The notes under the pieces: generated by a model
Database searches by the model: none
What the model was told of the DNA's origin: nothing
The model's input: the letters and a program-made list of their open reading frames with translations, nothing else
Position numbers and translations under genes: made by a program
IMG/VR virus record: IMGVR_UViG_3300021400_001610
Span: 18,490-82,489 of that record
Reading direction: 5' to 3' (one strand)
DNA from: a virus
Taxonomy: Duplodnaviria; Caudoviricetes
DNA length: 64,000 bases
Shown: positions 23,870 through 33,700 of the stretch, piece by piece
Position numbering within the stretch: position 1 is the first letter of the stretch
Layout of the letters: every line of letters starts with the position of its first letter

Positions 23870-24439
23870 ATGGCTTTAACAAGATTTGTAATTGACGGTT
23901 ACGGTCAATTAGAATTAAATAATGTAGCCTTCCGTAGAGATGGTCGTGTTGAAGCACAGTGTGCTCTTGATGAAACTGATTTTGCTACAGTTCCGGCCGA
24001 AAATGGAATGTTACTAGCTGTAGATAGAGTTAACAGAGTAGTTAAATTTTTTGATAGCTCTGATGATACCTATCCAATTGCTCTGAATTATACTACTGAG
24101 CACATGTATGATGAAAGAGCCAATGCTTTAAAAGATTTCAAGCTTGAAAGAGGTACTTTCCTCCCAAGACTTGGATATTTAGCTGTTGGTGATTTATTTA
24201 CTACAAATTGTATTAGTTATGATAAGGGTTCTAGCACTGGTCAATTTGCTGATGATGACGCAGTAAAAACAGCTCTTGGTGCGATTAGTACAACTCCGCT
24301 GTATGGTGGTGCAAGCGCTAATGGTACAATTACTCTTGGTACTACGGCTCCTGCAAAGGGTCCAGTACTAAAGGTTGTTGAAAAAACTACTATGCCTGAT
24401 GGAACTCTTGGTGTAAAATTCCAAGTATTAACTGCGTAA
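23870..24439 (+). CDS. capsid decoration / minor head protein
   Basis: Between scaffold and major capsid gene; beta-rich, ENGMLL motif. Confidence 0.6.
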   Translation: MALTRFVIDGYGQLELNNVAFRRDGRVEAQCALDETDFATVPAENGMLLAVDRVNRVVKFFDSSDDTYPIALNYTTEHMYDERANALKDFKLERGTFLPRLGYLAVGDLFTTNCISYDKGSSTGQFADDDAVKTALGAISTTPLYGGASANGTITLGTTAPAKGPVLKVVEKTTMPDGTLGVKFQVLTA

Positions 24440-24455
24440 TTAAGGGGGTAATAAG

Positions 24456-25538
24456 ATGACTATTAAAGAAATGAAAGAATTAGCCCTTTACGCGGCTAAG
24501 GGCACTGCTCCTGCTAATTATTCTGTAGAGAATGTTGATGCAGCTCTCGTTGAAGGTTTAAGAGAATTAGCGGGTTCTGTTAATCAGTTTATGAAGAACA
24601 GATATGATATTTATGAAATTATTATTGAGGCTGCTGATGAGGTAGTTCCTCAGAAAGTTATTGATGCTGTTGGTATTTTTGCTGAAGTTAGACAGGTTGG
24701 TCAAGGTCAGAAGGCTTTATTTAAGACTAAACTTGGTAGAACTAGAGCAAGAAAGTTCCTTACACAAGTTGGTCTTTCTGGTGTATACGAAACTTTCAGA
24801 CTGGACAATGGTTCGTTTGAAGTTGGTGCGTATGCAATCGGTGGAGCTTGCACAATTGACTTCGAAAGAATGTTAGATGGTGCAGAAGATATGGCTGAAT
24901 TAGTTAGTCTTTTAACTGAAGCACAGACTGATGCTGTTTATCAGCAAGTTCAGAAGGCTCTTCGTGCGGCATTTACTAAAACTGGTGTACCGCAGAATAA
25001 CAGAGCAACTGGTGCTACATTTAATGCTAAGGAAATGATGAAGCTTATCTCTACAGTTAGAGCTTATGGTTCTGGCGCAGTAATTTTTGCACCGCCGGAA
25101 TTTATTGCTGAGATGGGTGCAGATGCTATTGTTCCTGTTGGAACTTATTCTAATGGTTCCGGTCAAAGCGCTACAGTTGCTGCTGCTACTGGTGGCGTTT
25201 ATCATCCACAAGATATTGATGCTATTCACAATACCGGTTATATTAATTTATTTAGAGGAACTCCGGTTATTCAAATTCCACAGTCATTTGTTGATGAAAA
25301 TAATACTACAACATGGATTGACCCGCAGCTTGCTTATGTATTACCGACTGGTGGTGAAAAAGTCGTTAAGGTTGTTCTTGAAGGAAATACTCAAATGTAT
25401 GACTTTGTTAATAGAGATCAATCTATGGAAATTCATACTTATAGAAAACTGGGTACTGCAATTCTTACATATCACAACTGGGGTATTTATAAGAATAGTG
25501 GAATCGCCCCGACTTATGCAGAACAATTTTACATTTAA
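24456..25538 (+). CDS. major capsid protein
   Basis: 360 aa, position, highly-expressed codon usage, strong terminator 25548-25575. Confidence 0.85.
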   Translation: MTIKEMKELALYAAKGTAPANYSVENVDAALVEGLRELAGSVNQFMKNRYDIYEIIIEAADEVVPQKVIDAVGIFAEVRQVGQGQKALFKTKLGRTRARKFLTQVGLSGVYETFRLDNGSFEVGAYAIGGACTIDFERMLDGAEDMAELVSLLTEAQTDAVYQQVQKALRAAFTKTGVPQNNRATGATFNAKEMMKLISTVRAYGSGAVIFAPPEFIAEMGADAIVPVGTYSNGSGQSATVAAATGGVYHPQDIDAIHNTGYINLFRGTPVIQIPQSFVDENNTTTWIDPQLAYVLPTGGEKVVKVVLEGNTQMYDFVNRDQSMEIHTYRKLGTAILTYHNWGIYKNSGIAPTYAEQFYI

Positions 25539-25547
25539 TTGATACTT

Positions 25548-25575
25548 GGGGAGGGGAGGATTCCCCTCCCTATTT
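25548..25575 (+). terminator. intrinsic terminator after capsid gene
   Basis: GGGAGGGGA/TCCCCTCCC stem followed by ATTTTT. Confidence 0.8.
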
Positions 25576-25606
25576 TTAAATTTAGGAGTAAAAAGGAGTA
25601 GTTAAG

Positions 25607-26092
25607 ATGGAAGAGAAAGTTAAGGTTAAGAATTTGATTTCTAGTAGAGTAAATATTGATATTCCAGAAATGAGACTTAGTAGAGTCTGGGAAAAGAAGG
25701 GTGCAGTTAAAGTCATTCCTTTCGATCAGTTAGAAGAAGCAATGTATAATCCTGGTGTTGAAGCCTTGTTTACAGAAGGTATTCTTGGAATTGATGATTT
25801 AGAAGTTAAGCAAAAATTAGGTTTAGAACCAGAAGATACTAATGAGCCTGTTAATATTATTATTTTAACTGATGCACAAAGAAAACGTTATTTAACTGTT
25901 ATGCCAACTTCTGAGTTTAAAACAGAAATTCAGAAATTACCTCTTGAACAGGTAAGAGAGCTTGCTCGTTATGCAATAGAAAATGAAATTGCTAATTTTG
26001 ATAAGTCTGAAATTATTAAGAAAATGATTGGTACAGATATCATAAGTACAATTCAACTTAATAAAGTAGACGAGGAAAAAGTAGAAAATTAA
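25607..26092 (+). CDS. head-associated hypothetical protein
   Basis: 161-aa ORF following the capsid gene. Confidence 0.7.
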   Translation: MEEKVKVKNLISSRVNIDIPEMRLSRVWEKKGAVKVIPFDQLEEAMYNPGVEALFTEGILGIDDLEVKQKLGLEPEDTNEPVNIIILTDAQRKRYLTVMPTSEFKTEIQKLPLEQVRELARYAIENEIANFDKSEIIKKMIGTDIISTIQLNKVDEEKVEN

Positions 26093-26104
26093 TAGGAGTT
26101 AGAG

Positions 26105-26533
26105 ATGGCTTCGGTTTATGATATATATGATGCCTTTCTCTCCAAAATGTTGGAAGATGAATGGTTAAATTGGGCAGATGAAGAAAGATATGAAGATTGG
26201 CGTTCTCTTTTAGATGCTGCGATTCCTTATTTTAAATTTCCAAGAGTTAGTTTGGAAATAGATGGAGATGAATTTGTAGACCCTGATTTTTCAAATGAAG
26301 AAATTCAAATTCTTGCAACTTATATGAAATGTGAATGGTTAAATAGAACTATTCTTACTTGGGAAAATGTTAAACCTTTATACGTAGAAAGAGACTTTTC
26401 TCAAGCTAACTTAATAGATAAGTTAAAACAGTTACTTGAAAGAGAGGAATATAAAGCATTGAAACTTGAACGAATTTATTATCGTTCTCGTAAAGGGAAG
26501 CCATTTACTTATAGTCAATTGGCGGGAGATTAA
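26105..26533 (+). CDS. putative head-tail adaptor
   Basis: Helical 142-aa protein at the adaptor position; inferred from synteny. Confidence 0.55.
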   Translation: MASVYDIYDAFLSKMLEDEWLNWADEERYEDWRSLLDAAIPYFKFPRVSLEIDGDEFVDPDFSNEEIQILATYMKCEWLNRTILTWENVKPLYVERDFSQANLIDKLKQLLEREEYKALKLERIYYRSRKGKPFTYSQLAGD

Positions 26534-26534
26534 G

Positions 26535-26825
26535 ATGAAGTATATTCCTGGTATGGATGAAGGATACGCCAATAGTTTAAAGAATAAGTTGTTTGGTCTA
26601 CTTTGTGAATATGAGAAAGATAGGGAGTGGGAAAAGTTTTTAGATTCAATTTTGATTGAATTGTATGGATTTGACCCAGAAGAAAGGACTATAAATTATT
26701 ATACTCTGGTTCATAAAATTTCCTCTTTGAGATATTTGAGATATGAATATTTTAGAAGTACAATTTTTGATTGTATGTCTTTGCTTTCTAAATTGACGGA
26801 GGAAGATGAAGATGGGGTACTATGA
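26535..26825 (+). CDS. hypothetical protein
   Basis: Start moved to MKYIPG after GGGAG. Confidence 0.65.
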   Translation: MKYIPGMDEGYANSLKNKLFGLLCEYEKDREWEKFLDSILIELYGFDPEERTINYYTLVHKISSLRYLRYEYFRSTIFDCMSLLSKLTEEDEDGVL

Positions 26826-27537
26826 GAATGTTTATTTGAAGAGACTAAATAGATATGGTATAGATTTTCAATCTCGCATGCAAGGCCAAAGAGAAGAGAA
26901 TTTTAGACGACAACTTATGAAATCAGTTTATTATGTGAATTTTGATTATGATGGAGAAGTTCGAGAAGGTGAATTGACGCCGATGCGGCAGAATGAAACA
27001 AAGACAATGCAGTATTTGTTGACTGATGTTCATTTAGATATTCCGAATGGAACCGTACTCTTTATTCCAGATAAAAATTATGAACTGCGACCTTGGCTTA
27101 TCTATTATTTAGAAGATATGAAAGCAAGTGGATATAATAGATATATTGTTTTAAAAATGACACATTTGCTTTCTTGGAAAGATAGAAGTGGTGAATTAAG
27201 AGAAACTTGGGCTTACTTTTACGGGCAAGAAGATAATATGTTGAAAGATGAATTAAAGTCTCGTAGTAGAAGTAGAGTTCTTTATACTGAGAATTTGAAG
27301 TTGAGTTTCTTTATTATGCCAGTAAATGAATTTTTAAGAAAAGATGATTATTTAGAAGTTGGAGAAGGTGGATTAAAAGAAGCTTATGTTGTAACAGGCT
27401 ATGATACTCAGTCAACTCCAGGAGTTGAATTTGTTTCTGTAGACCCGCAATATATTCGTGATTTGACGCCGCCGCCAGAACAAACAGAAGAGGATGAAAG
27501 TTTTGACTTCTTCTGGATTAATGGAGGTGTTGAATAA
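26806..27537 (+). CDS. putative head closure/stopper protein
   Basis: Beta-rich 243-aa protein at the connector position; synteny only. Confidence 0.5.
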   Translation: MKMGYYENVYLKRLNRYGIDFQSRMQGQREENFRRQLMKSVYYVNFDYDGEVREGELTPMRQNETKTMQYLLTDVHLDIPNGTVLFIPDKNYELRPWLIYYLEDMKASGYNRYIVLKMTHLLSWKDRSGELRETWAYFYGQEDNMLKDELKSRSRSRVLYTENLKLSFFIMPVNEFLRKDDYLEVGEGGLKEAYVVTGYDTQSTPGVEFVSVDPQYIRDLTPPPEQTEEDESFDFFWINGGVE

Positions 27538-28028
27538 TGAATGTAAGGAATTGCGCAGACATAGGTATAAATGCACAGTATATAATTAAAAGACTTTTAG
27601 CTAATCAGAATTTACTTAAATTACTATATTATACAGATAAAGATCCGTTGAATCATGAGGATTTAACTCAAGAACAAATACAAACAGAAGTGTTTGAAAA
27701 ACTTATTAAAATTGTACCTCGCGTTGGACCAAAAGAAACTGCTAATTCCGTCGTGGCTTTACGTATTGCGCGCGGGAGCGGTCTGGCGGCCAACAGCGAG
27801 TTTAAAAACGTTTATTTAAGTTTAGAAGTTTTCGTTCCTATGACTCAATGGATTATTAAAGATACTAATTTAAGACCTTTTGCTATTATGGGGGAGATTC
27901 AGAAATCTCTGAATAATAAGAAAATTGAGGGATTGGGAAAGCTGACTGGAGGAGATTTTGATTTGAACTTTTTAACTGAAGAAATTTCTTCTTATGAACA
28001 GACTTTCGTTTTGACTTCTTATGATTGA
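27537..28028 (+). CDS. putative tail terminator/completion protein
   Basis: 163 aa in the neck module before the tail tube; synteny only. Confidence 0.5.
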   Translation: MNVRNCADIGINAQYIIKRLLANQNLLKLLYYTDKDPLNHEDLTQEQIQTEVFEKLIKIVPRVGPKETANSVVALRIARGSGLAANSEFKNVYLSLEVFVPMTQWIIKDTNLRPFAIMGEIQKSLNNKKIEGLGKLTGGDFDLNFLTEEISSYEQTFVLTSYD

Positions 28029-28773
28029 TGATAAAGTTTTTCTTGGCTTTCCGATAGAGTTTAAAGACGTATGTAAGATTTATCCCCCTAAAGTAAATGA
28101 TGTAGTTAATAATGAAGATTTTAATATTTATCGTTCATTGTTTACTATGACACAGGAAGAATTAGATGAAGCTTACTTAAAGGACGAGAATGTTACTCAA
28201 GTTCCGACTCCTTTTCAATATTTGTTAATGAATTATTATCAAGATGAAGAAGTTAAGGATAAAATTATAGATGCTTTTAATTTATTTGTTCGTGAACCAG
28301 TAACAATTGTACCTGAAATTGAGTTATTACTAATTGGCAAAAGTGAAGATGAATTAGATCCTGATGTGGATTTAGAAAATCCTAGATTATTAACTGAAGA
28401 AAATTTTTTTGATTTTCAAAATCAAATACGTTTAGTAATGGGGCAAGATAAAGTCGAACCTCCAGAACCGGAAGATGAAAATTTAGATCCGCGCATTAAG
28501 CGTTGGAAAATGAAAGTTAAAGAATCTGAAAAGATAGTTCAAAAAAAGAAAGCTAAAGATTCACCGACTTTTGGAACTTTACTTGCTGCAATTTGTTGTA
28601 TGGGAATTGGTTTAAATCCACTTAATATAGGAGAGATAAGCTATGCGTGTGTGCATTGGTTAATTGCGATGTATCAGCAGAATGAAGAATATGATGTTGA
28701 TATAAGAGCATTACTCGCTGGCGCGGATAGTAAAAAAGTAAAACCAAAATATTGGATAAAAAATATTGAATAA
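28021..28773 (+). CDS. putative tail assembly chaperone-like protein
   Basis: 250 aa; C-terminal ALLAGA..KKVKPKYW; directly upstream of the tail tube. Confidence 0.45.
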   Translation: MIDDKVFLGFPIEFKDVCKIYPPKVNDVVNNEDFNIYRSLFTMTQEELDEAYLKDENVTQVPTPFQYLLMNYYQDEEVKDKIIDAFNLFVREPVTIVPEIELLLIGKSEDELDPDVDLENPRLLTEENFFDFQNQIRLVMGQDKVEPPEPEDENLDPRIKRWKMKVKESEKIVQKKKAKDSPTFGTLLAAICCMGIGLNPLNIGEISYACVHWLIAMYQQNEEYDVDIRALLAGADSKKVKPKYWIKNIE

Positions 28774-28799
28774 AAGAAAAATATAGGAGGCTATATAAT

Positions 28800-29786
28800 A
28801 TGGCAATTATTCTTGATAAATATGCTATTAAGGAAGTCGCTGACGTTATGTTCTACGAGCTAGACTCTAAGGGCGCGCCTTCCGCTCCGGTACTTTATCT
28901 TGATACCTTAAAGACTTCTACATTAGAGCAGAGTTCTGAAACTGTAGATGCTACTGGTGGTAAGGGTAATGTAAAGTTACTTTCTTGGGATACTAACAAG
29001 GAAATCACTTTAACTCTTGAAGATGCAGTATTCAGCGCTAAGTCTCTTCAGATCATGTTTGGTGGAGACATGCAGGTTAAGGCTAATGGTACTCAAGAGG
29101 TATTAAAGACAATTAAAGCTGCTGATATTAGTGTTGCTACTGATGCAACTGACTATTTAACATTTAGATTAAATAAGCAGGATTATTACATTAAGAAGAC
29201 TTTAGTAACCGCATTTAGCTATGCTACAGCTGATGGTACTAGTGTTGCTGATCCTGTACCTATTGCTTCTCCAAATTGGACAACTGGTAAGGGTGGAACT
29301 AATCAGGATATTGAGTATGCTACTTTTGATTTATTAGATTGTGTTACTACTCCTTCTACTACTGGTCAAACAGCTATTCAGGATGGTATGACAATTAATA
29401 TTGGCGCCGAATTTAGTTCTAATACTTATTATATCACTGGTGATACATATGCTAGAAATGTTGCTTCTGGTAAGGATGAGTTCTTACAGTTCATCATTCC
29501 GAAGGGCAAGGTATCTGCTGAAGATGTTAGCTTAACAATGGAAGCTGATGGTGATCCGGCTACATTCTCTATGACAGTTAATTGCTTAAAGAGTGAATCT
29601 GGTTCTATGCTTAAGCTGGTTAAGTACAATCTTGGTGGTACTTCTGGTAGTGCAAGTGGTAAGAATAAGGGTGTTGCTTCTGTTCTTGATGACTTCAATG
29701 AAGAGAGTGAACGCGCTGAGTGGGATAATCCGAAATCTGTTATTTCTGAGGGTAGTAAATCTCAGACAACAGTTATTCCGTCCTAA
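28800..29786 (+). CDS. major tail (tube) protein
   Basis: YAIKEVADVMF, ATGGKGN, Thr/Ser-rich, strong codon bias, terminator follows. Confidence 0.75.
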   Translation: MAIILDKYAIKEVADVMFYELDSKGAPSAPVLYLDTLKTSTLEQSSETVDATGGKGNVKLLSWDTNKEITLTLEDAVFSAKSLQIMFGGDMQVKANGTQEVLKTIKAADISVATDATDYLTFRLNKQDYYIKKTLVTAFSYATADGTSVADPVPIASPNWTTGKGGTNQDIEYATFDLLDCVTTPSTTGQTAIQDGMTINIGAEFSSNTYYITGDTYARNVASGKDEFLQFIIPKGKVSAEDVSLTMEADGDPATFSMTVNCLKSESGSMLKLVKYNLGGTSGSASGKNKGVASVLDDFNEESERAEWDNPKSVISEGSKSQTTVIPS

Positions 29787-29855
29787 ATTTAATACGTTTT
29801 TAATGGCGGGGAGGCGGTTGGCCTCTCCGCTTTATTTATACGGAGAGTATATAAA

Positions 29856-30656
29856 ATGGATAAAGAGTTTGGTATGCAAGAGCTGTACTTTGTACAGTTA
29901 AAATCTACTTATCCTATGGAGATAAAAGGAAAAGAGTTTGCTGCGGGTGAAGTTATCGCGGCATTTGACAAAATTCAAATTGCGAACTTTCGAGATATTC
30001 ACAAAGAAGCTGCCGCGCAAGGTGGTTATCAAAATCGAAAAGTAACAATTTGGAATAGGACTGAAGGAGTTGAACTAGTTTTTACACAGGGAATTTTTTC
30101 AAAGACCCAATTGAGTTTAATGAATAATATGCGTATTATTTCTTTAAAGGATAATCAAATAGTGCGTATAGCTCAACGTGATGAACTAGAAACAGATAGT
30201 GAAGGAAAAGTTACATTAACCCATGTGCCTATAAATTCATGGATTTTTGTTTATAATAGAGAAACGGGTGAGAAACTGACGGGTTTATCTTTGATAGATC
30301 AAAACATACTTCAAACTCCTTTAGTTTATAAGGAAGTTATAGTAGATTATGAATATGCTTATGATAATGGCGCGGATGTGAGTTTTGTTGGTGAAGATAT
30401 TTTTGATGGTTTTTTAAGTCTGGAAGGTAGAACCAGGATTAAAGACGATGAAACTGGAGAAACTCATACTGCAATTATTTACATTCCAAAATTAAAAATT
30501 ACGTCAGACTTCACACTCACTTTGGGACAAAACGCGCAACCTGTTGTTGGAAGATTTAAAGCTACGGCGCTAGCGACAGGTGAACGGAAACAATCAAAAG
30601 CCTTAGAGATATATTATTTGAATGATGATATTGATGAAGACAATGAATGGCGTTAA
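29856..30656 (+). CDS. second tail-tube-like protein (paralogue)
   Basis: FGMQELYFV, AQGGYQN and IPKLKITSDFTLTL align with motifs of 28800-29786. Confidence 0.6.
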   Translation: MDKEFGMQELYFVQLKSTYPMEIKGKEFAAGEVIAAFDKIQIANFRDIHKEAAAQGGYQNRKVTIWNRTEGVELVFTQGIFSKTQLSLMNNMRIISLKDNQIVRIAQRDELETDSEGKVTLTHVPINSWIFVYNRETGEKLTGLSLIDQNILQTPLVYKEVIVDYEYAYDNGADVSFVGEDIFDGFLSLEGRTRIKDDETGETHTAIIYIPKLKITSDFTLTLGQNAQPVVGRFKATALATGERKQSKALEIYYLNDDIDEDNEWR

Positions 30657-30703
30657 TTTTTAATTAACGTCATTTTTTTTATTGATTGAATAGGAGGTAA
30701 GAT

Positions 30704-33700
30704 ATGCCTGGTGAAACTGTTGATGTATTAGTCAGAGCGCGAATGGAAGCTAGTAGCGTAGAAGCTGGAGTCGGGCAGATACAAAAAGCTTTAAAAGGAT
30801 TAACTTTACCGAAAGGAATTTCTGATGATTTGGAAAAAAGTTTCAGTAAGTTAAATCCTTTATTAAAAGATTATCAAAAACAATTAAATAAGGGTTTTTC
30901 AAATAAGAAAGATTTACAAAATTTTAATACTTTAAAAGAGAAAATTAATGAAGTCTTTGGAGAGATTAGTTCTAAAATACAACAAGTTAATTCTAAAGAA
31001 ATTAAGTTAAAAACAGATGTTCAAGCTATTGAAAAAGCTGAAAGAGAAGTAACTAAGCTTTCTAATGATTTGCAAAAAGCTTTAGATGGTGTTATCACTA
31101 AAAATGTTAATACTTCTAATATTGATACTCAGTTTAATAAAATTTTAAATTCTTTTACTAGAGCAACTTCATTAAAACCAATGACGCAAACAGCTAAAAA
31201 TCTTTTCAATGCAAAAGATTTTGCTGGTTATAATGCAGAATTAGATAAAATACAAAATAAAATTAAAAGTTTAAGCGCGGGTTCTAAATTTAATTTTGCA
31301 AAGAGTCTTGGTTTTAAAGGCGCAGTAACTGATATAGACGGTATAAATCAAAAGATCACTGGATTTTTTAATAATATTCGTGCTAATGCAGGAAAAGTAC
31401 AAAGTATTGAAACTCTTAGGCAAAAACTTCGTGAAGCTAGTCAAGAAGCTTCTCAATTAAAATTGGATGCAGTTGCACGTGGTGCACAAGGTATAGCTAA
31501 TGCTGCTTCTGGGGTTCAAAATTTAGGTAGCAGTTTAAGAAATGCAGGAGATGGCGCCCAACAAGCTGCATCAGGCTTATTGTCTGCAAAAGAACAAGTA
31601 GAGCAATTAAAATATTCCACTCAATATTTCTTTAGTTTAAGAAATATGTTTAGTCTCTTAAGAAGAGGGATAGATGATGCTATTGAATCTGTTAGAGACT
31701 TAGATAAGGCAATGACAGAAACTGCTGTAGTTACTGATTTCTCTGTATCTGATATGTGGAATATGCTTCCGGAATATACAGCATTAGCTAATAAACTTGG
31801 AGCTACTACACAGGGTGCATACGAAACTATGACCCTTTATTTCCAGCAAGGTTTGGATAAACAACAAACTTTTGAAATAGGTGAAGAAACCATGAAGATG
31901 GCTCGTATTGCTGGTTTAGACTATGCTGATACGACTAATATGATGACTGCGGCTCTTCGTGGATTTAATATGGAGTTAAATAAAACTTCAGCAGAAAGGG
32001 TAAATGATGTATATTCAAAATTAGCTGCTATTACCGCATCTGATACTAGAGAACTTGGACAAGCTATGGAACGTACAGCTTCTATTGCCCATTCTGCTAA
32101 TATGGATTTTGGTAATACAACTGCATTCTTGGCTCAAATGATTGAAACGACTCGTGAAGCACCTGAAAATTTAGGTACTGCGATGAAAACAATTATTGCT
32201 AGATTTCAAGAATTAAAAGCTAATCCATATGAAATTTCTGAAGTTGATGGTGAAGAAGTCGATTTTAATAGAGTAGATAAAGCATTAAAATCTATTGGAG
32301 TTGACTTAATGGATAATAGAGATAAATTCCGTGATTTAGATGATGTATTTATGGATATAGCTTCTAAATGGGATGGTTTATCTCAGACACAGCAACGTTA
32401 CATTGCTACTACCGCAGCGGGTTCAAGACAACAGTCTCGTTTTCTCGCTATGGTGCAAAATTATGATAGATTAAAAGAATTAACTGAAGCTGCTGCGAAT
32501 AGTGAAGGCGCTTCTCAAATTCAGTTTAATAAAACTTTAGATTCATTTGAATCAAAAGTAAATAAATTAAAAAATGCTTGGCAACAGTTTACAATGAGTA
32601 TTGCCAATAATCAAATTATTAAAGGAGCTGTTGGAGGACTTACTAGCGTACTTGATACTGTTAATAATTTGATTAATACGCTTAGTGGTGGGAATGGAAT
32701 TGTAAAATCTTTTCTATCTTTATTTACAGCTTTTGCGGGTTTAAAGATTGGTGGTAGAGTTGTTAATTCTTTAGTCGGTGCATTAGGTGGTTTAGTTGAT
32801 CCTCAGACTAGTGTATTTGCTGGATTAAGAGGCGGTTTTACTGGAAATAGGCAAGCTGGAAATGCTGCGTTTGCTTCACAGATTAATCAACCAATTGTAA
32901 ATGCAATTAATCATTTAACTGCAATAATGTCGAAAACTGATGCAGCTAAACAGGGTATACAAAATAGCAGACAGCGTTCAGATTTAATTAACCAGAGAAG
33001 AAATAATATTTATGATATGATGCAAACCAGTCGTGGTGGTTTTAGTGTCAAGGATGTTAAAAAACAAATAAAAGGACTTAGTGGAGCTGAACAGCATGCT
33101 ATTTATAATAATAGTCCAGTTTTACAAAAGGCATTACAAAGAAGTTATACAGATGCCTATAAAAAATTAAATTTAACTCCAGAAGCTATGTCTATGCTTG
33201 AACAGCATCAAAAAACTATTAATCAGAAGATGCGCTCTGGTCAAATTTCAATACAAGAAGGATTAAGACATCTTTATAATCCATATCAAGTTGGTCAAGA
33301 ATTAGGTGGACAAACAGCAGAAGAAATACAAAAAGGTTTACTAAAGCATTTTCAACAAAGCAGTAAAGAAAATTTTACAATTAGTAGCAAAATAAGCAAA
33401 GCTGCCGATAAAAAGGGCTTAACTGGTCAAGCGCGTGCTGATTGGATCAATAAAGCTAAATTAAAAGTAGCTTCTCAAGCATTTGGTGATTCTACAACTG
33501 CTAATATAACTAAAACACAGTCAGCTGTACTTGGTTTGTCTAAATCTGCTAACGGTGCAGGACAATCTATTATGGGATTGGGTATGGCATTACAAGCTGC
33601 AGGATTCCAAACTGCCGGCGCGATGTTCATGAATATCGGTAACGGCATTATGGGTATTGGTATGGCTGCTGAAGGAGCTGCGTCTGGAGTAAGTAAACTT

